A stretch of 63,794 nucleotides of DNA from a virus (IMGVR_UViG_3300037440_000749:1-63794), one strand, 5' to 3'; counted from the first letter of the stretch, positions 18,005-28,373 are shown. Program-made: numbers and translations. Notes: generated by a model not told the origin, from the letters alone.

Positions 18005-20902
18005 ATGAGGGTTCGCGTCTTGGCGCTGGTGCTGCTCTTCCCCGTGCTCGTTGCAGCCCAGGGACGGCAAAAAGTTCTCCATGCCGTCCCTGGCACGGGT
18101 GACGATGCGAGCGCCAACGGCATTGTACTTCGGACCGAAGACTCCTCGGTGGTCACCGTGCAGAATACCCGCGCAGGGAGCTGGGACGGCACGCTGACCT
18201 ATGAAGTCACGGTTGATGGCACGAACTGGCTTGGCATGCTGTGTCGCCAACTGAGTGACAATACGTATGTGGCCAGCACGTCCAGCGCCGCGAATATCGT
18301 GGAGTGCCCGGTGGCCGGGACATGGGGATTCCGTGCCCGGATCTCCGGCCAAAGCACCGGCAGTACTGTCGTGACGGCCGGGGTGGCGCAAGTCGCGCGG
18401 GTGGCGCCGATGTCGAGCAGCATGGAGGACTTTGGGACCCTTGTCGACGGGGGCTTGTGTGTCTACGAGGAGGCCGCCGGCGAGGTCAACTGCGATGCCA
18501 GTCCTACGGCTGTTGGTGCCGATAGTATTGGCACCGCCGAACTCGATGACGGCGCGGATACGCCTGGCTCCGGCCAGTATCTGCGCGTGGATACCGTCGA
18601 TCAAGCCGGAATTGAATACCGGACGGTGGCTGAGGTGCTGGCTGATATTGGCGCCGAGTCAGCCACCAGCAACGATTTTGACCCGGATCGTCTTGCGGGT
18701 GATACGGGTGACGATAATTTGATTGATGACGCGATCATTGCCGCGTCCATTGCCAGGGACAGCGAGTTGCCTACGCAAGCCTCCCTCAGCGTTGATGACC
18801 TGATTAGCCTCTCTGGCGTGGCGGAGGGCGCGACCCATCTTTCAACGTTCACGGGCGACACGCTCACCGACAATGTCACGATTAAGGACGCCTTGCAGCT
18901 CCTCGAAACCGCCGTCGAGAGCGCCGGGGGATTGAGTACAGACAGTGTGGGGACCGTGGAACTCGACGATGACGCCAATACCCCCATTGCCGGCGATGTC
19001 GTGATTGTCGAAGCTGGCGCAGCCTCTTTTGATTACCTCACTCTTCATGCCGGCACGAATCTTGCCGCTGACCTGGAGGAAGAGACGCACGCCAGTGAGC
19101 ATGCCGAAAATGGCAACGATGAACTGCTGGGCGAAACCCTGGGGACGGCGTGTACTGAAAACCAGATCCTCAAAGCCAACGCGACCGGGGGGCTCGCCTG
19201 TGCGGCTGACGAAACCGGCAGCGGTGCACTCGGGGCCAATCTCTCCAGCACGACGAATGACATCCTCAGCGACACCGGCAGCGTCTTGCTGGGCGGCACC
19301 GGCAATATCTTCAACGAAAATTTGGTGTGCGATTTTGAGCTCGAGGATGAAATCGCTTGCACCAGTACGACGGGCGCCACCGTGTTCAATCTCCAGACGT
19401 TCACCGTGGAAGCTGGCGCCTTCTCGGGAAATATTACGGGGAATGTTACGGGAAACGCTGACACGGCCACGACCGCCTCCACGGCTACGGCGCTGGCGGC
19501 AAACCCAACCGATTGCGACCCAAACGAATTTGCCACAACCATCGCTGCCAGTGGCAACCTGACGTGCGCCGCCCTCACCGATACGGACGTCCCCAACGAC
19601 ATTACGGTTGACCTGGCCACGCTCGCCTCGACAGTGACGGTCATCGACTCCACCGACGCTACCTCGTTCGTTGCCCTGTTCGATTCCGCTACAGGCACTT
19701 TGCCAGTCAAGACCGATGGCGCGCTGCTCTACGACGCGACGACTGGCGGCCTCAGCGCGACGTCCTTCACGGGTGCGGTCACTGGAAATGCCTCAACCGC
19801 TACGGCCCTGGTGGACAATCCCGCTGACTGCGACCCCAACGAATTTGCGACCACGATTGCCGCTGATGGAGACTTGACCTGTGCCGCCATTCAGGACGCT
19901 GACATTCCAGCAACTATAGCCCGTGACAGTGAATTACCGACGCAAGCAACGTTGAGCGTTGATGACCTGATTACCCTGTCTGGCCTCGCCGAAGGCGCGA
20001 CGCACCTCGGGAGTTTCACGGGCACGACGATCACCGACATGCTGCCTATCAAGGATGCCTTGCAGGAACTCGAAACTGCGATAGAGGCGGCTGGTGGGCT
20101 CGGCGCTGACAGCGTCGGGACTGACGAACTCGATGACGGCAGTGATGTGCCTGCGGTGAATGAACTCGTACGTGTCGATTCCGCGTCGAGTGGGCAGCTC
20201 GAATATGGCCCCTGCACGATGACGGACACTGGAGCAATCGACTGTCCCGCGCCTGCCACTGATGGCGGAGCCATGACCCTAAAGGAAGGGCAGGACGATG
20301 GCACGGATACCTTTAGCATTTCCATTCCTGCCACCGGCTTGACGGCCACTGTTGACCACGAAATGAATGCGAGTGGTGAACTGCCGGTCTCCGTCATTCA
20401 GCGGACTGGCTCAGACTCCACCGTGGTGACTGGCACGGCGGGGACCAGTGGGAATCTCGTGCAATGGAACGCGAGTGGGGGCGTCGCCGATAGCACGGTG
20501 GCAACGGCTGATGTGCTGACCACAGCAGAGAGTGGAGTCCCCGCAGGGGGCATCCCCGTCGTAACCAAGGTCGCGACGACAAGTTATACCATTGGGACGA
20601 CAGATGCTGCTGAGGCTTGGGGTGGTGTGATTTATGTGACTGGCGCGGCAACGATTACTGCTCCAGCTATTGCTGCTGGCATGTCGTTTACCGTGATTAC
20701 AATCGGTGCTGTTGCTGTGTCTGTTGATGTCAACGCGAGTGATCTCATGACGTTGGACGGTGTGGTTCTCGATGACGGCGACAAGGCCACCAATACAAGT
20801 ACGACTGGAGATATCCTCGTCTGTGTGTATAGAAATGTCAGTGGATGGTATTGTGCTTCAGGCAGTAACGATGGCGATCTCTGGATAGACGGAGGCGCCT
20901 AG
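18005..20902 (+). CDS. Large exported acidic fibre-like repeat protein
   Basis: Signal peptide; duplicated IARDSELPTQ...VGT.ELDD and GNA.TAT...CDPNEFATTIAA.G.LTC modules. Confidence 0.85.
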   Translation: MRVRVLALVLLFPVLVAAQGRQKVLHAVPGTGDDASANGIVLRTEDSSVVTVQNTRAGSWDGTLTYEVTVDGTNWLGMLCRQLSDNTYVASTSSAANIVECPVAGTWGFRARISGQSTGSTVVTAGVAQVARVAPMSSSMEDFGTLVDGGLCVYEEAAGEVNCDASPTAVGADSIGTAELDDGADTPGSGQYLRVDTVDQAGIEYRTVAEVLADIGAESATSNDFDPDRLAGDTGDDNLIDDAIIAASIARDSELPTQASLSVDDLISLSGVAEGATHLSTFTGDTLTDNVTIKDALQLLETAVESAGGLSTDSVGTVELDDDANTPIAGDVVIVEAGAASFDYLTLHAGTNLAADLEEETHASEHAENGNDELLGETLGTACTENQILKANATGGLACAADETGSGALGANLSSTTNDILSDTGSVLLGGTGNIFNENLVCDFELEDEIACTSTTGATVFNLQTFTVEAGAFSGNITGNVTGNADTATTASTATALAANPTDCDPNEFATTIAASGNLTCAALTDTDVPNDITVDLATLASTVTVIDSTDATSFVALFDSATGTLPVKTDGALLYDATTGGLSATSFTGAVTGNASTATALVDNPADCDPNEFATTIAADGDLTCAAIQDADIPATIARDSELPTQATLSVDDLITLSGLAEGATHLGSFTGTTITDMLPIKDALQELETAIEAAGGLGADSVGTDELDDGSDVPAVNELVRVDSASSGQLEYGPCTMTDTGAIDCPAPATDGGAMTLKEGQDDGTDTFSISIPATGLTATVDHEMNASGELPVSVIQRTGSDSTVVTGTAGTSGNLVQWNASGGVADSTVATADVLTTAESGVPAGGIPVVTKVATTSYTIGTTDAAEAWGGVIYVTGAATITAPAIAAGMSFTVITIGAVAVSVDVNASDLMTLDGVVLDDGDKATNTSTTGDILVCVYRNVSGWYCASGSNDGDLWIDGGA

Positions 20903-21693
20903 TGAGACGGTCTACATACCTCTATTATACTTTTCTGGTCCTGTGTTGCTGTAGCCTTCTGGCGTTTCCTGTTGGTGCCTCTCTCACCCAACAGTCTCTG
21001 ATGAAGGTTGCGAAAAGTCGCGTCCTCGCTGGAGGCGGGGAAACATGTGACCTCCTCGCCGACGACTTTGAAAACACCGACGGCGTCGAGCTAGTCACCC
21101 ACACCTGGACGGCAGATGGCACGACCTGCCTGACTGATGCCTGTGAGATTGATACAGCAAGAGCCAATGATGATAGTGTTGGTGGGCAATTTGGCAGTGC
21201 GGGAAGCAGCAGCGGCTTGCTGAATCACAGCGTCGACACCACGGCGTATCGGCTGGTCAAAACATTTGCTGAGCAGGCTAGCGGCACGTTTGTGGCCGAA
21301 TTTGCCATCCAATTTGACACGACCGCTACGACGAACAACGAGCAGTTGTTCAGTTTGACGGATGGCGCTCATGTCTTCGACGCCACCACAATGGTGTTTT
21401 TGCGTCGGCAAGGGACCGCGTTGCAGATCCGTACGCCGCCCACGGCGACCTGGGAAACGATCTGCGGGACGCCGTGTTTCACCGCTGACACCTGGCACCG
21501 TGTCGAAATCGAGGTGAATGCGACCGCTGAAACCTTCAACCTGTGGATTGATGACACGCAACGCGCCACAGATAAGCCCTTTGCCGTGTCAGGGGATATC
21601 GATCGAGTGACCATCCAGAAACGATCTTCCGCTGATGCGCAACCCTCGACATGGATTGATACGCTGTGTATCTACTCAGGAGCACGCCCGTGA
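20902..21693 (+). CDS. Exported lectin-like (beta-jelly-roll) protein
   Basis: Signal peptide; DDFE...DTWHRVEI...WID pattern; paired Cys. Confidence 0.7.
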   Translation: MRRSTYLYYTFLVLCCCSLLAFPVGASLTQQSLMKVAKSRVLAGGGETCDLLADDFENTDGVELVTHTWTADGTTCLTDACEIDTARANDDSVGGQFGSAGSSSGLLNHSVDTTAYRLVKTFAEQASGTFVAEFAIQFDTTATTNNEQLFSLTDGAHVFDATTMVFLRRQGTALQIRTPPTATWETICGTPCFTADTWHRVEIEVNATAETFNLWIDDTQRATDKPFAVSGDIDRVTIQKRSSADAQPSTWIDTLCIYSGARP

Positions 21694-22964
21694 AACAACT
21701 GCTCTGTCTGCTCTGCCTCCTGTGTTTTCCCCTCGTCGTCTGGGCGCAGTTTTCCTCTTGCGGCACCGATTGCCTGGAAGCGGATACGTGCAGTCAGGCC
21801 AATGTGGCTGCCACAGTGACAGCGGCTGATGCCGGGGATACGGTGCAGATTCCGGCAGGGAGTTGCACGTGGAGTGATCCAGTGGTAGTGACGAAGGCAC
21901 TCAATATTATTGGTGCTGGGCAGGGCGTCACGATCATTACCCAGAATGGCCAGTCCGATGGCACCTGGGATCTTGATCAAGCGTCTGGAACGCTGAGCCT
22001 CGGGGAAATGACCATTAACGGTACCATTGGCGGCTTTAATGGGAGCATCCAGAGCATCAAGCAGGACAATACTCGGGTGCACCATATGACCTTCGATTTT
22101 TCCACAGACCGGCATGCTATCCGCGTCAATGGCAACCGCAGCAATGTCCTCATTGACAATTGCATCTTCACCGGGTCCACCCGAGGGGTGAATATTTTCG
22201 CCAGCTCGGCCTACTGGACGACGGCGGCTGAATATGATCCAGGCACCAGCAAAGGCGTCTACATCGAGGAGAGCACCTTCAATAGGAGTGGCGTGGAAGT
22301 CGTTGATCTCAATGCTGGGGGCGCCTATGTCTTCCGGCACAACGACGTCCCCAATGGCGGCAATGTGATTATCCACGGCGCTGATTCTGGAGACCGCTCA
22401 GGCGGCTACGCCGAGATTTACAACAACACCTTTGATAATCCTGGCGCAACCAGAGACTTCCCGATGAATTTTCGTGGTGGGAGCCAGATTATTTATAACA
22501 ACACGATCACGGGTCCCTTCAATCAACCGATCAAAACACAAAACTATCGTTCGTGCTATACGGAAAACACGGGCCTATCGTTTCACGCGAATAATCAGAA
22601 CGACTGCGAGCATGATTCGGTGAATGTGCTAGACGGTGACGAGAGTCCCGAGGATAATGGGTGGCCATGTAAAGATCAAATTGGACGCGGACCGAATCAG
22701 AGTAGCAAACCCAGCTATGAATGGGACAACACCCACAACGGTGGCAATGCCAACTTTAACGTGAATAATCTGGGTGGGTGTAGCAACCCATCAACCAATG
22801 ACCATATACAAAGCGGGCGGGATTATTTCACCGACACAGAGATGCCCGGCTATACGGCCTATACCTATCCCCACCCACTGCAGGGTGAGCCACCCGAAGA
22901 CCCCCCGGCGCCCAGTAGTCCGATGCTCGAAGGCGTGCAACTGCAAGGAGGACGATTACCATAG
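21690..22964 (+). CDS. Exported right-handed beta-helix (pectin-lyase-fold) protein
   Basis: Signal peptide; GDTVQIPAGSCTW, IIGAG..T, Asn ladders (IYNNT), YTYPHPL. Confidence 0.85.
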   Translation: MKQLLCLLCLLCFPLVVWAQFSSCGTDCLEADTCSQANVAATVTAADAGDTVQIPAGSCTWSDPVVVTKALNIIGAGQGVTIITQNGQSDGTWDLDQASGTLSLGEMTINGTIGGFNGSIQSIKQDNTRVHHMTFDFSTDRHAIRVNGNRSNVLIDNCIFTGSTRGVNIFASSAYWTTAAEYDPGTSKGVYIEESTFNRSGVEVVDLNAGGAYVFRHNDVPNGGNVIIHGADSGDRSGGYAEIYNNTFDNPGATRDFPMNFRGGSQIIYNNTITGPFNQPIKTQNYRSCYTENTGLSFHANNQNDCEHDSVNVLDGDESPEDNGWPCKDQIGRGPNQSSKPSYEWDNTHNGGNANFNVNNLGGCSNPSTNDHIQSGRDYFTDTEMPGYTAYTYPHPLQGEPPEDPPAPSSPMLEGVQLQGGRLP

Positions 22965-23024
22965 AGGAAGGAGCCCTATCACCCGACGTGGCCTTTTCAC
23001 CCTGACGATAAACGGAGGAATAGC

Positions 23025-23681
23025 ATGCATCGTTCACGTGTCCTGCTGGCCAGCCTCGCCGGCGTGCTCGTCCTGCTCACCACGGTCATGGCCGCGACGT
23101 TCCGCGTCACGACCACGTATCAATTCGCCAGCGGCCTGCAAACGGACAGCATTACCAGTCTGAGTGGCACCACGGGCGATAGCGCCATGGCCTTGCCAGC
23201 GAACAGTGTGGGGGGCGCCGAAGTCTCCGGCATGCCCCTGACGCTCACCTTTTGCGGCCAAGCCGACGAAAACGGCACCATCTATCTGTCGCCCACCAGC
23301 GGCATCAACGGCGTCGATTTTGCCGATGGTGCGGATTATTCCATTGCCGGCACCGCCTGTGATGGCCTGGACGGTGCGACGGAGGGCACGCAAGACCTGG
23401 TCATTTTCCCCGAGGTGGCCTTCAAGGTGATGGGCATGTACTGCATGACCAACGGCACCCTGGGGGCGTCCGAGGCGCTGACGTTGACGTTGCGCAGTGC
23501 CGCCGCCAATGTGACACCGTCCGTGAGTTGCGCTGTGGGCGAAGCGGCCACGAGCTGCCGTAGCCTGAGTGGGACAACGACCGATGTCGCCGCGGGTGCC
23601 GCGGTCGCGGTGCGGGCGGTCCAGGTGAGCAATAACTCCGATGACGATCTGTGGTGTCAGGTTGCCATCATGCTGCAATAA
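23025..23681 (+). CDS. Exported Cys-paired protein
   Basis: Signal peptide; six Cys; GGAGG RBS. Confidence 0.75.
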   Translation: MHRSRVLLASLAGVLVLLTTVMAATFRVTTTYQFASGLQTDSITSLSGTTGDSAMALPANSVGGAEVSGMPLTLTFCGQADENGTIYLSPTSGINGVDFADGADYSIAGTACDGLDGATEGTQDLVIFPEVAFKVMGMYCMTNGTLGASEALTLTLRSAAANVTPSVSCAVGEAATSCRSLSGTTTDVAAGAAVAVRAVQVSNNSDDDLWCQVAIMLQ

Positions 23682-23690
23682 GGAGTCTCC

Positions 23691-24119
23691 ATGACCGAAA
23701 CAGGCCCGATTGGCACCTTACAGCGCCGTGTCCGAGAACTGGACGCGCGGCTGGACGCCCTCGAACAGAGCGACACGGTGCGCCCCATGCTGTCAGACGC
23801 CGACAAAGCCGCCTTTGTGCAACAGGTCTATGAAGGCGTAGTGCAGGAGCTGGTGCAGCGCACCCCGACCGCAGCGGCGGAGCTTGGCCAGGTGCGCGAT
23901 GACCTGAGCGACATCGCCGGCAAACTCGAACAGCGGCTCTTTCGTCTGGAGACGCAGGTGCAGGCCACGGACCGCGCGTCACTGAATATCGGCCCACTGC
24001 TCACGGCGCTGCGCGGCGACAAACGCGCAGCACAAGGGCTGGTGTTGTGGGCCAAGCGGACGCAGGGAGGGACACGCGGGGCGTTGGTAGAGATCGTGGA
24101 AGCTCTTATAGGGCTGTAA
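23691..24119 (+). CDS. Coiled-coil hypothetical protein
   Basis: AAGGAG RBS. Confidence 0.7.
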   Translation: MTETGPIGTLQRRVRELDARLDALEQSDTVRPMLSDADKAAFVQQVYEGVVQELVQRTPTAAAELGQVRDDLSDIAGKLEQRLFRLETQVQATDRASLNIGPLLTALRGDKRAAQGLVLWAKRTQGGTRGALVEIVEALIGL

Positions 24120-24122
24120 AAT

Positions 24123-24536
24123 ATGACATTATCTGCATTTACAGGACTTTCGAAGCGACAGCAAGCCATGATTCCTGTGTTGTTATCGCAGCCCTCCATT
24201 CGCGCTGCAGCGCAGCATGGGAACGTCCAGGAGCGGACCATTTATCGGTGGTTGCAAGATCCCGGCTTCCAAGCGGCGTACCGTGACGCCCGTTATCTCG
24301 TCATGGATGAAGCTTTTGTCTTACTCCAGAAGCATTGCAGCGCCGCAGCGCAGGTTTTTATTGATATGATGCACAACGACGAAGCGCTGCCCTTTACCCG
24401 GTTGAAAGCCGCTGAAGCGGTCCTGAACACGGCCTTAAAAGGACGATCGATTTATGAGTTGGAACAGCGCCTCGCTGAGCTTGAGGGAAAATATTCCCTG
24501 GTCAGTGCTGCATCGAATGGACAAGCTCACGGGTAA
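24123..24536 (+). CDS. Terminase small subunit-like HTH protein
   Basis: N-terminal HTH (IRAAAQ...ERTIYRW), RLKAA motif, directly upstream of the terminase ATPase. Confidence 0.75.
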   Translation: MTLSAFTGLSKRQQAMIPVLLSQPSIRAAAQHGNVQERTIYRWLQDPGFQAAYRDARYLVMDEAFVLLQKHCSAAAQVFIDMMHNDEALPFTRLKAAEAVLNTALKGRSIYELEQRLAELEGKYSLVSAASNGQAHG

Positions 24537-25473
24537 AGCCGAGCGGGTCGCCAGTGCGCAGGAACCCCCGACGACCTCGCACGCCCACAGCGCCACCACC
24601 CTCATGCGCCTGGCGGGCATGGAGCCGGACCCCTGGCAAGAGCGCGTCGCCACGACTGACGGCGATCAACTCTTGCTGTGCCATCGGCAGGCGGGGAAGA
24701 GTACCATTGTGGGCGCCGTGGCCTTAGAAGATGCGACGAGCGAAGAGGAAAGCCTGGTGTTGTGTGTGTCCCCCTCACTGCGGCAATCGGGAGAACTCTA
24801 TCGCAAGGTGAAACAGTTCTACAATGCCGCGCGTCCCATGGCGCTGCGCCGTGATACGGCACTGTCGATGGAGTTGGCGAACGGCAGTCGCATTATGAGT
24901 CTGCCAGGCAACGAGCAAACGCTCGTCGGGTTTTCGCGGGTCAAACGGCTGATCATTGACGAGGCCGCCAGAACGACCGATGCCATGTACTACGCCTTGC
25001 GTCCCATGCTGGCCGTCAGTCAGGGGAACATTTTAGCCCTCAGCACGCCCTGGGGCAAGCGCGGATGGTTTTACGAAGCCTGGCAAGGCAAGGAGGCAAC
25101 CCAAGACGCGCTTCTGCGGCTGGAGGATATTGTCACCATTCTCGCCGGGCTCGGGATCACCGTCACCGAGGCCGACCTTCCGTCAGCGGCCCAATTGGCG
25201 CGGCTGGACTGGCACCGGACGCTCGTGACGGCGAAAGACAGCACGCGCCTGGCGAAAGCCTTTTTGGCAAGGGAACGACGGGATGTTCCGGACCTCTACT
25301 TCCGGCAAGAGTGGTTGTGCGAGTTTGTCGAAGCCATGGACGCGGTCTTTCGCTACGACGATTTGCAGGCGACCCTGCATCCGGAATTGACGCCGTTGTT
25401 TGTGCCGAAACCGGAGGAGACCCTGTTAGATAGCAAGGTGCATCCGTTGTTCCAAGGAGTATCGATATGTTAG
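24517..25473 (+). CDS. Terminase large subunit, ATPase part
   Basis: PWQ, RQAGKST (Walker A), IIDEAA (Walker B), LSTP, FRQEW.CEF. Confidence 0.92.
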   Translation: MDKLTGKAERVASAQEPPTTSHAHSATTLMRLAGMEPDPWQERVATTDGDQLLLCHRQAGKSTIVGAVALEDATSEEESLVLCVSPSLRQSGELYRKVKQFYNAARPMALRRDTALSMELANGSRIMSLPGNEQTLVGFSRVKRLIIDEAARTTDAMYYALRPMLAVSQGNILALSTPWGKRGWFYEAWQGKEATQDALLRLEDIVTILAGLGITVTEADLPSAAQLARLDWHRTLVTAKDSTRLAKAFLARERRDVPDLYFRQEWLCEFVEAMDAVFRYDDLQATLHPELTPLFVPKPEETLLDSKVHPLFQGVSIC

Positions 25474-26192
25474 CGCCCTTCCTTGTGGGGCTGGACGTCG
25501 GCCAGCAGCACGACCCCGCCGCGTTGGCGATTGCCCAGCGCGAGACCGTGACGCTCGGAGACGAGACGCAGCCGCGCTACCTGGTGCGCCACCTGGAACG
25601 CTTTGAGCTCGGCACGGCGTACCCCACCATGGTGAAGCAGTGCCAGGCATACCTCGGCGCCCTGCCACACCTGCCGACCTGGCGCGGCGGGACGCCCCTG
25701 GAGAAGCCGTACCGCTTCCTGGTGGATGCCACCGCGGTGGGACGGCCCGTGGTGGATATGTTTCGGCATGAAGGCATCCCGGCCATTGCCGTGACTATGA
25801 CGCATGGAGAGCGCATCACCCAGCATGCGTGGAACGATTTTACCGTGCCCAAGCGGGCGCTTGTGGCCGCGACGATTGTGGCCATGCAGCAACGCCGCTT
25901 GCTGGTCGCGAAGGAATTGCCCCACGCCGCAACGTTCGTCAAGGAGGCGCAGAATTTCCAGTACCGGCTGACCCTCAAGGGCAATGACCAGTACGGCGCC
26001 TGGCGCGAAGGCACCCATGATGATGTGCTCTTCAGCGTCATGCTGCTGGTGTGGTACGGCGAGCAGACCAAGGCGTTCCCGCACCAGCGGCAAGGGCAGG
26101 CACAGACCTATGAAGCGGCGGGTTCGCCGCATAGCCGGATGACGACAACGCCCAGGACCCCATCCATGAACCCGTTTCAGCGAGGCATATAA
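25467..26192 (+). CDS. Terminase large subunit, RNase H-like nuclease part
   Basis: GLDVGQQHD, VDATAVG, HDDVL; has its own AAGGAG RBS. Confidence 0.88.
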   Translation: MLAPFLVGLDVGQQHDPAALAIAQRETVTLGDETQPRYLVRHLERFELGTAYPTMVKQCQAYLGALPHLPTWRGGTPLEKPYRFLVDATAVGRPVVDMFRHEGIPAIAVTMTHGERITQHAWNDFTVPKRALVAATIVAMQQRRLLVAKELPHAATFVKEAQNFQYRLTLKGNDQYGAWREGTHDDVLFSVMLLVWYGEQTKAFPHQRQGQAQTYEAAGSPHSRMTTTPRTPSMNPFQRGI

Positions 26193-26194
26193 CC

Positions 26195-26347
26195 ATGGCC
26201 ACAGACACCGACCGACTCAACTGGCTTGATGCCGACGAGTACCGTTTGAGGGCGTGCGTTGACTATCTGCAATGCAATACCTGTTCTGTCCGTGAGGCCA
26301 TTGACGCGGTTGCAGCGACGGACAAGGAGCCCCAACTATGGCCGTAG
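26195..26347 (+). CDS. Small hypothetical protein
   Basis: MATDTDRLNWLD...VREAID; fills the gap before the portal gene. Confidence 0.55.
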   Translation: MATDTDRLNWLDADEYRLRACVDYLQCNTCSVREAIDAVAATDKEPQLWP

Positions 26348-28044
26348 CCGAAAGCTCCCTGTCTGCCTATGCGCTGTACGACCGTTGGGAGTCGCTCAAT
26401 AGTCGGATGCAGACGCAGTTGACCCGCTGGCGGGATATCGCTGATCTGGGGTGGCCGGCCAAGAGTGACATTTTACGCGGGGATTCCGGGTATTACGACG
26501 ATGCGAGAGACCGAACCTTAGAGCTGTACGATCCGACGATGCTCCGGTCGCGCCGCCTACTCGCCGGGAACCTGCAAGCCGCCGTCACCAACCCGGCGCT
26601 GCAATGGTTCCGCCTGCGGTTTCGCCGCGACGAAGTGAACGAAGACGCCCAGGTGGGCAGCTGGCTCAGCGCCGTCGATGACCTGATGCTGCTGTCCTAC
26701 AACAGCAGCAACGCCTATGCCGAGTTTTTTCAGCACTACGCGCAACTGGCGGCCTTTGGCACCGCGGCGACGTTCATCAACCAGCGCCAGGACTTGTGGC
26801 TCGACCATGGCACCTTTGCCTTGCGCTTCCAGACTCTGTATCCCGGCACGTACGTTATTGCCGAGGGGCAGCACGGGCAGGTCGACACCCTGATGCGCAA
26901 GCTCTACTTTTCGCCCCGCCAGGCCATGCAGCGCTGGGGCAACGAAGCCCCAGAACGGGTCAGGCGCATCATGGGCACCACCATGAATGGCCGGCCCATG
27001 GTGAGCCGCATCGACGAGCGTGAGCCGTATGTGCATATCGTCTGCCCACGGGAAGACCGGCACTACGGCAAGGAAGACAATCGCAATATGCCGTTTGCGG
27101 ACGTGGTCATTGACTGCGACAGCAAAGACCTTGTCGCCGAGAGTGGCTGGGAAGAATTTCCCTTTGTGGTGTCGCGCTGGGAACGGGAGGGCCTGAGCGC
27201 CTGGGGCTACGGCCCCGGCCATGAAGCGCTGTCGGACGCCCGCACCCTGAACCGGCTCATCGAACTGTGGCTGCAAATGGCCGAACTCATGGTGCAGCCG
27301 CCCCTGCAAGTGCTCAACCAGGCGTTTACCGGCGTGCTCCGCTTCGCCCCACTGCACATCAATATTGTCGAGCAGCGCGACGCCGTAACGCCTATGAACG
27401 TGCAAGGCAATCCGTCGCAGATTCCCTTAGAGATTGCGCGCTTACAAAAGAGTATCCGCGACGCCTTCTACGTCGATGACTTACTGGCCTTGCCGCCGCC
27501 AGACGCCACCGGCAAGATGACCGCCACCGAAGTGGCGCAGCGCATCGCCCTCATGCAGCAGTACATGGGGCCGGTGTTTACCATGCTGCTCAGCGACTTT
27601 CTGGACCCCCTGGCCGACCGGGTGTTTGGGTTAGGCTTGCGCGCCAAGATTTTCCCACCGGCGCCGACGGCGGTCCTCCTGGAAGCGCAGCGCGCCGGTG
27701 GGCAACTCGATGTCGAATACGACGGGCCGCTGGCGCGCAGTCAGCGCATTGGTGAAGTGACCGCCTTTGACGACTTGTTGACGCTCGGCGACAAAATGAC
27801 CGCCGTCACCCAGACCACCAGTTGGCAAGACAATTTTGACCTGGATAAAGGGATTCGCAACGCCGCGACGATTCTGGGGATCCGCCGCGATCAACTGCGC
27901 GATCCCCGGGCGGTGAGGCAGATCCGCCAGACCAGGGAACAGCAAGCCGCCATGATGCAGCAGGCGCAACTGCTCCGCGAAGGCGCGGCAGCACTGAAAG
28001 ACGGCGCCGCAGGGATCCAAGGACTGCAGGAGGTCGCCGCATAA
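26338..28044 (+). CDS. Portal (head-tail connector), podovirus type
   Basis: FPFVVSRW...WGYGPG...D, PPL, MTATEV motifs; size and position fit. Confidence 0.93.
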   Translation: MAVAESSLSAYALYDRWESLNSRMQTQLTRWRDIADLGWPAKSDILRGDSGYYDDARDRTLELYDPTMLRSRRLLAGNLQAAVTNPALQWFRLRFRRDEVNEDAQVGSWLSAVDDLMLLSYNSSNAYAEFFQHYAQLAAFGTAATFINQRQDLWLDHGTFALRFQTLYPGTYVIAEGQHGQVDTLMRKLYFSPRQAMQRWGNEAPERVRRIMGTTMNGRPMVSRIDEREPYVHIVCPREDRHYGKEDNRNMPFADVVIDCDSKDLVAESGWEEFPFVVSRWEREGLSAWGYGPGHEALSDARTLNRLIELWLQMAELMVQPPLQVLNQAFTGVLRFAPLHINIVEQRDAVTPMNVQGNPSQIPLEIARLQKSIRDAFYVDDLLALPPPDATGKMTATEVAQRIALMQQYMGPVFTMLLSDFLDPLADRVFGLGLRAKIFPPAPTAVLLEAQRAGGQLDVEYDGPLARSQRIGEVTAFDDLLTLGDKMTAVTQTTSWQDNFDLDKGIRNAATILGIRRDQLRDPRAVRQIRQTREQQAAMMQQAQLLREGAAALKDGAAGIQGLQEVAA

Positions 28045-28373
28045 TGGCTGACCAGGATTTTACAGATTTCATGCACCAGTTGCGGCACCCGCAACTGGAG
28101 AGACAACGCGGGGAGGGCTTCCGGGACTTCGTAGCCTTCATGCAACAGCTCCGCCGGCCACTGTTAGGCCCGGACGGCGCGCAACTCCTGGACTACCTGG
28201 AGGTGCACTTCTGCGAACGCCGGGACGTCCTACTCGAAAAAACCGCTGCGGGGGCAATCCAGGTCGTGCGGCGCATGTCCAGCTTTGCGGCCGACCCGTA
28301 CACCACCGCCTGGCGCGAAGGCCAGCGCAGTGTGGTATTATTCTTGAAGGACTTACGAGACATGGAGGGCTAA
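28044..28373 (+). CDS. Bbp19-like protein
   Basis: DPYTTAWREGQRSVVL motif immediately after the portal gene. Confidence 0.75.
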   Translation: MADQDFTDFMHQLRHPQLERQRGEGFRDFVAFMQQLRRPLLGPDGAQLLDYLEVHFCERRDVLLEKTAAGAIQVVRRMSSFAADPYTTAWREGQRSVVLFLKDLRDMEG

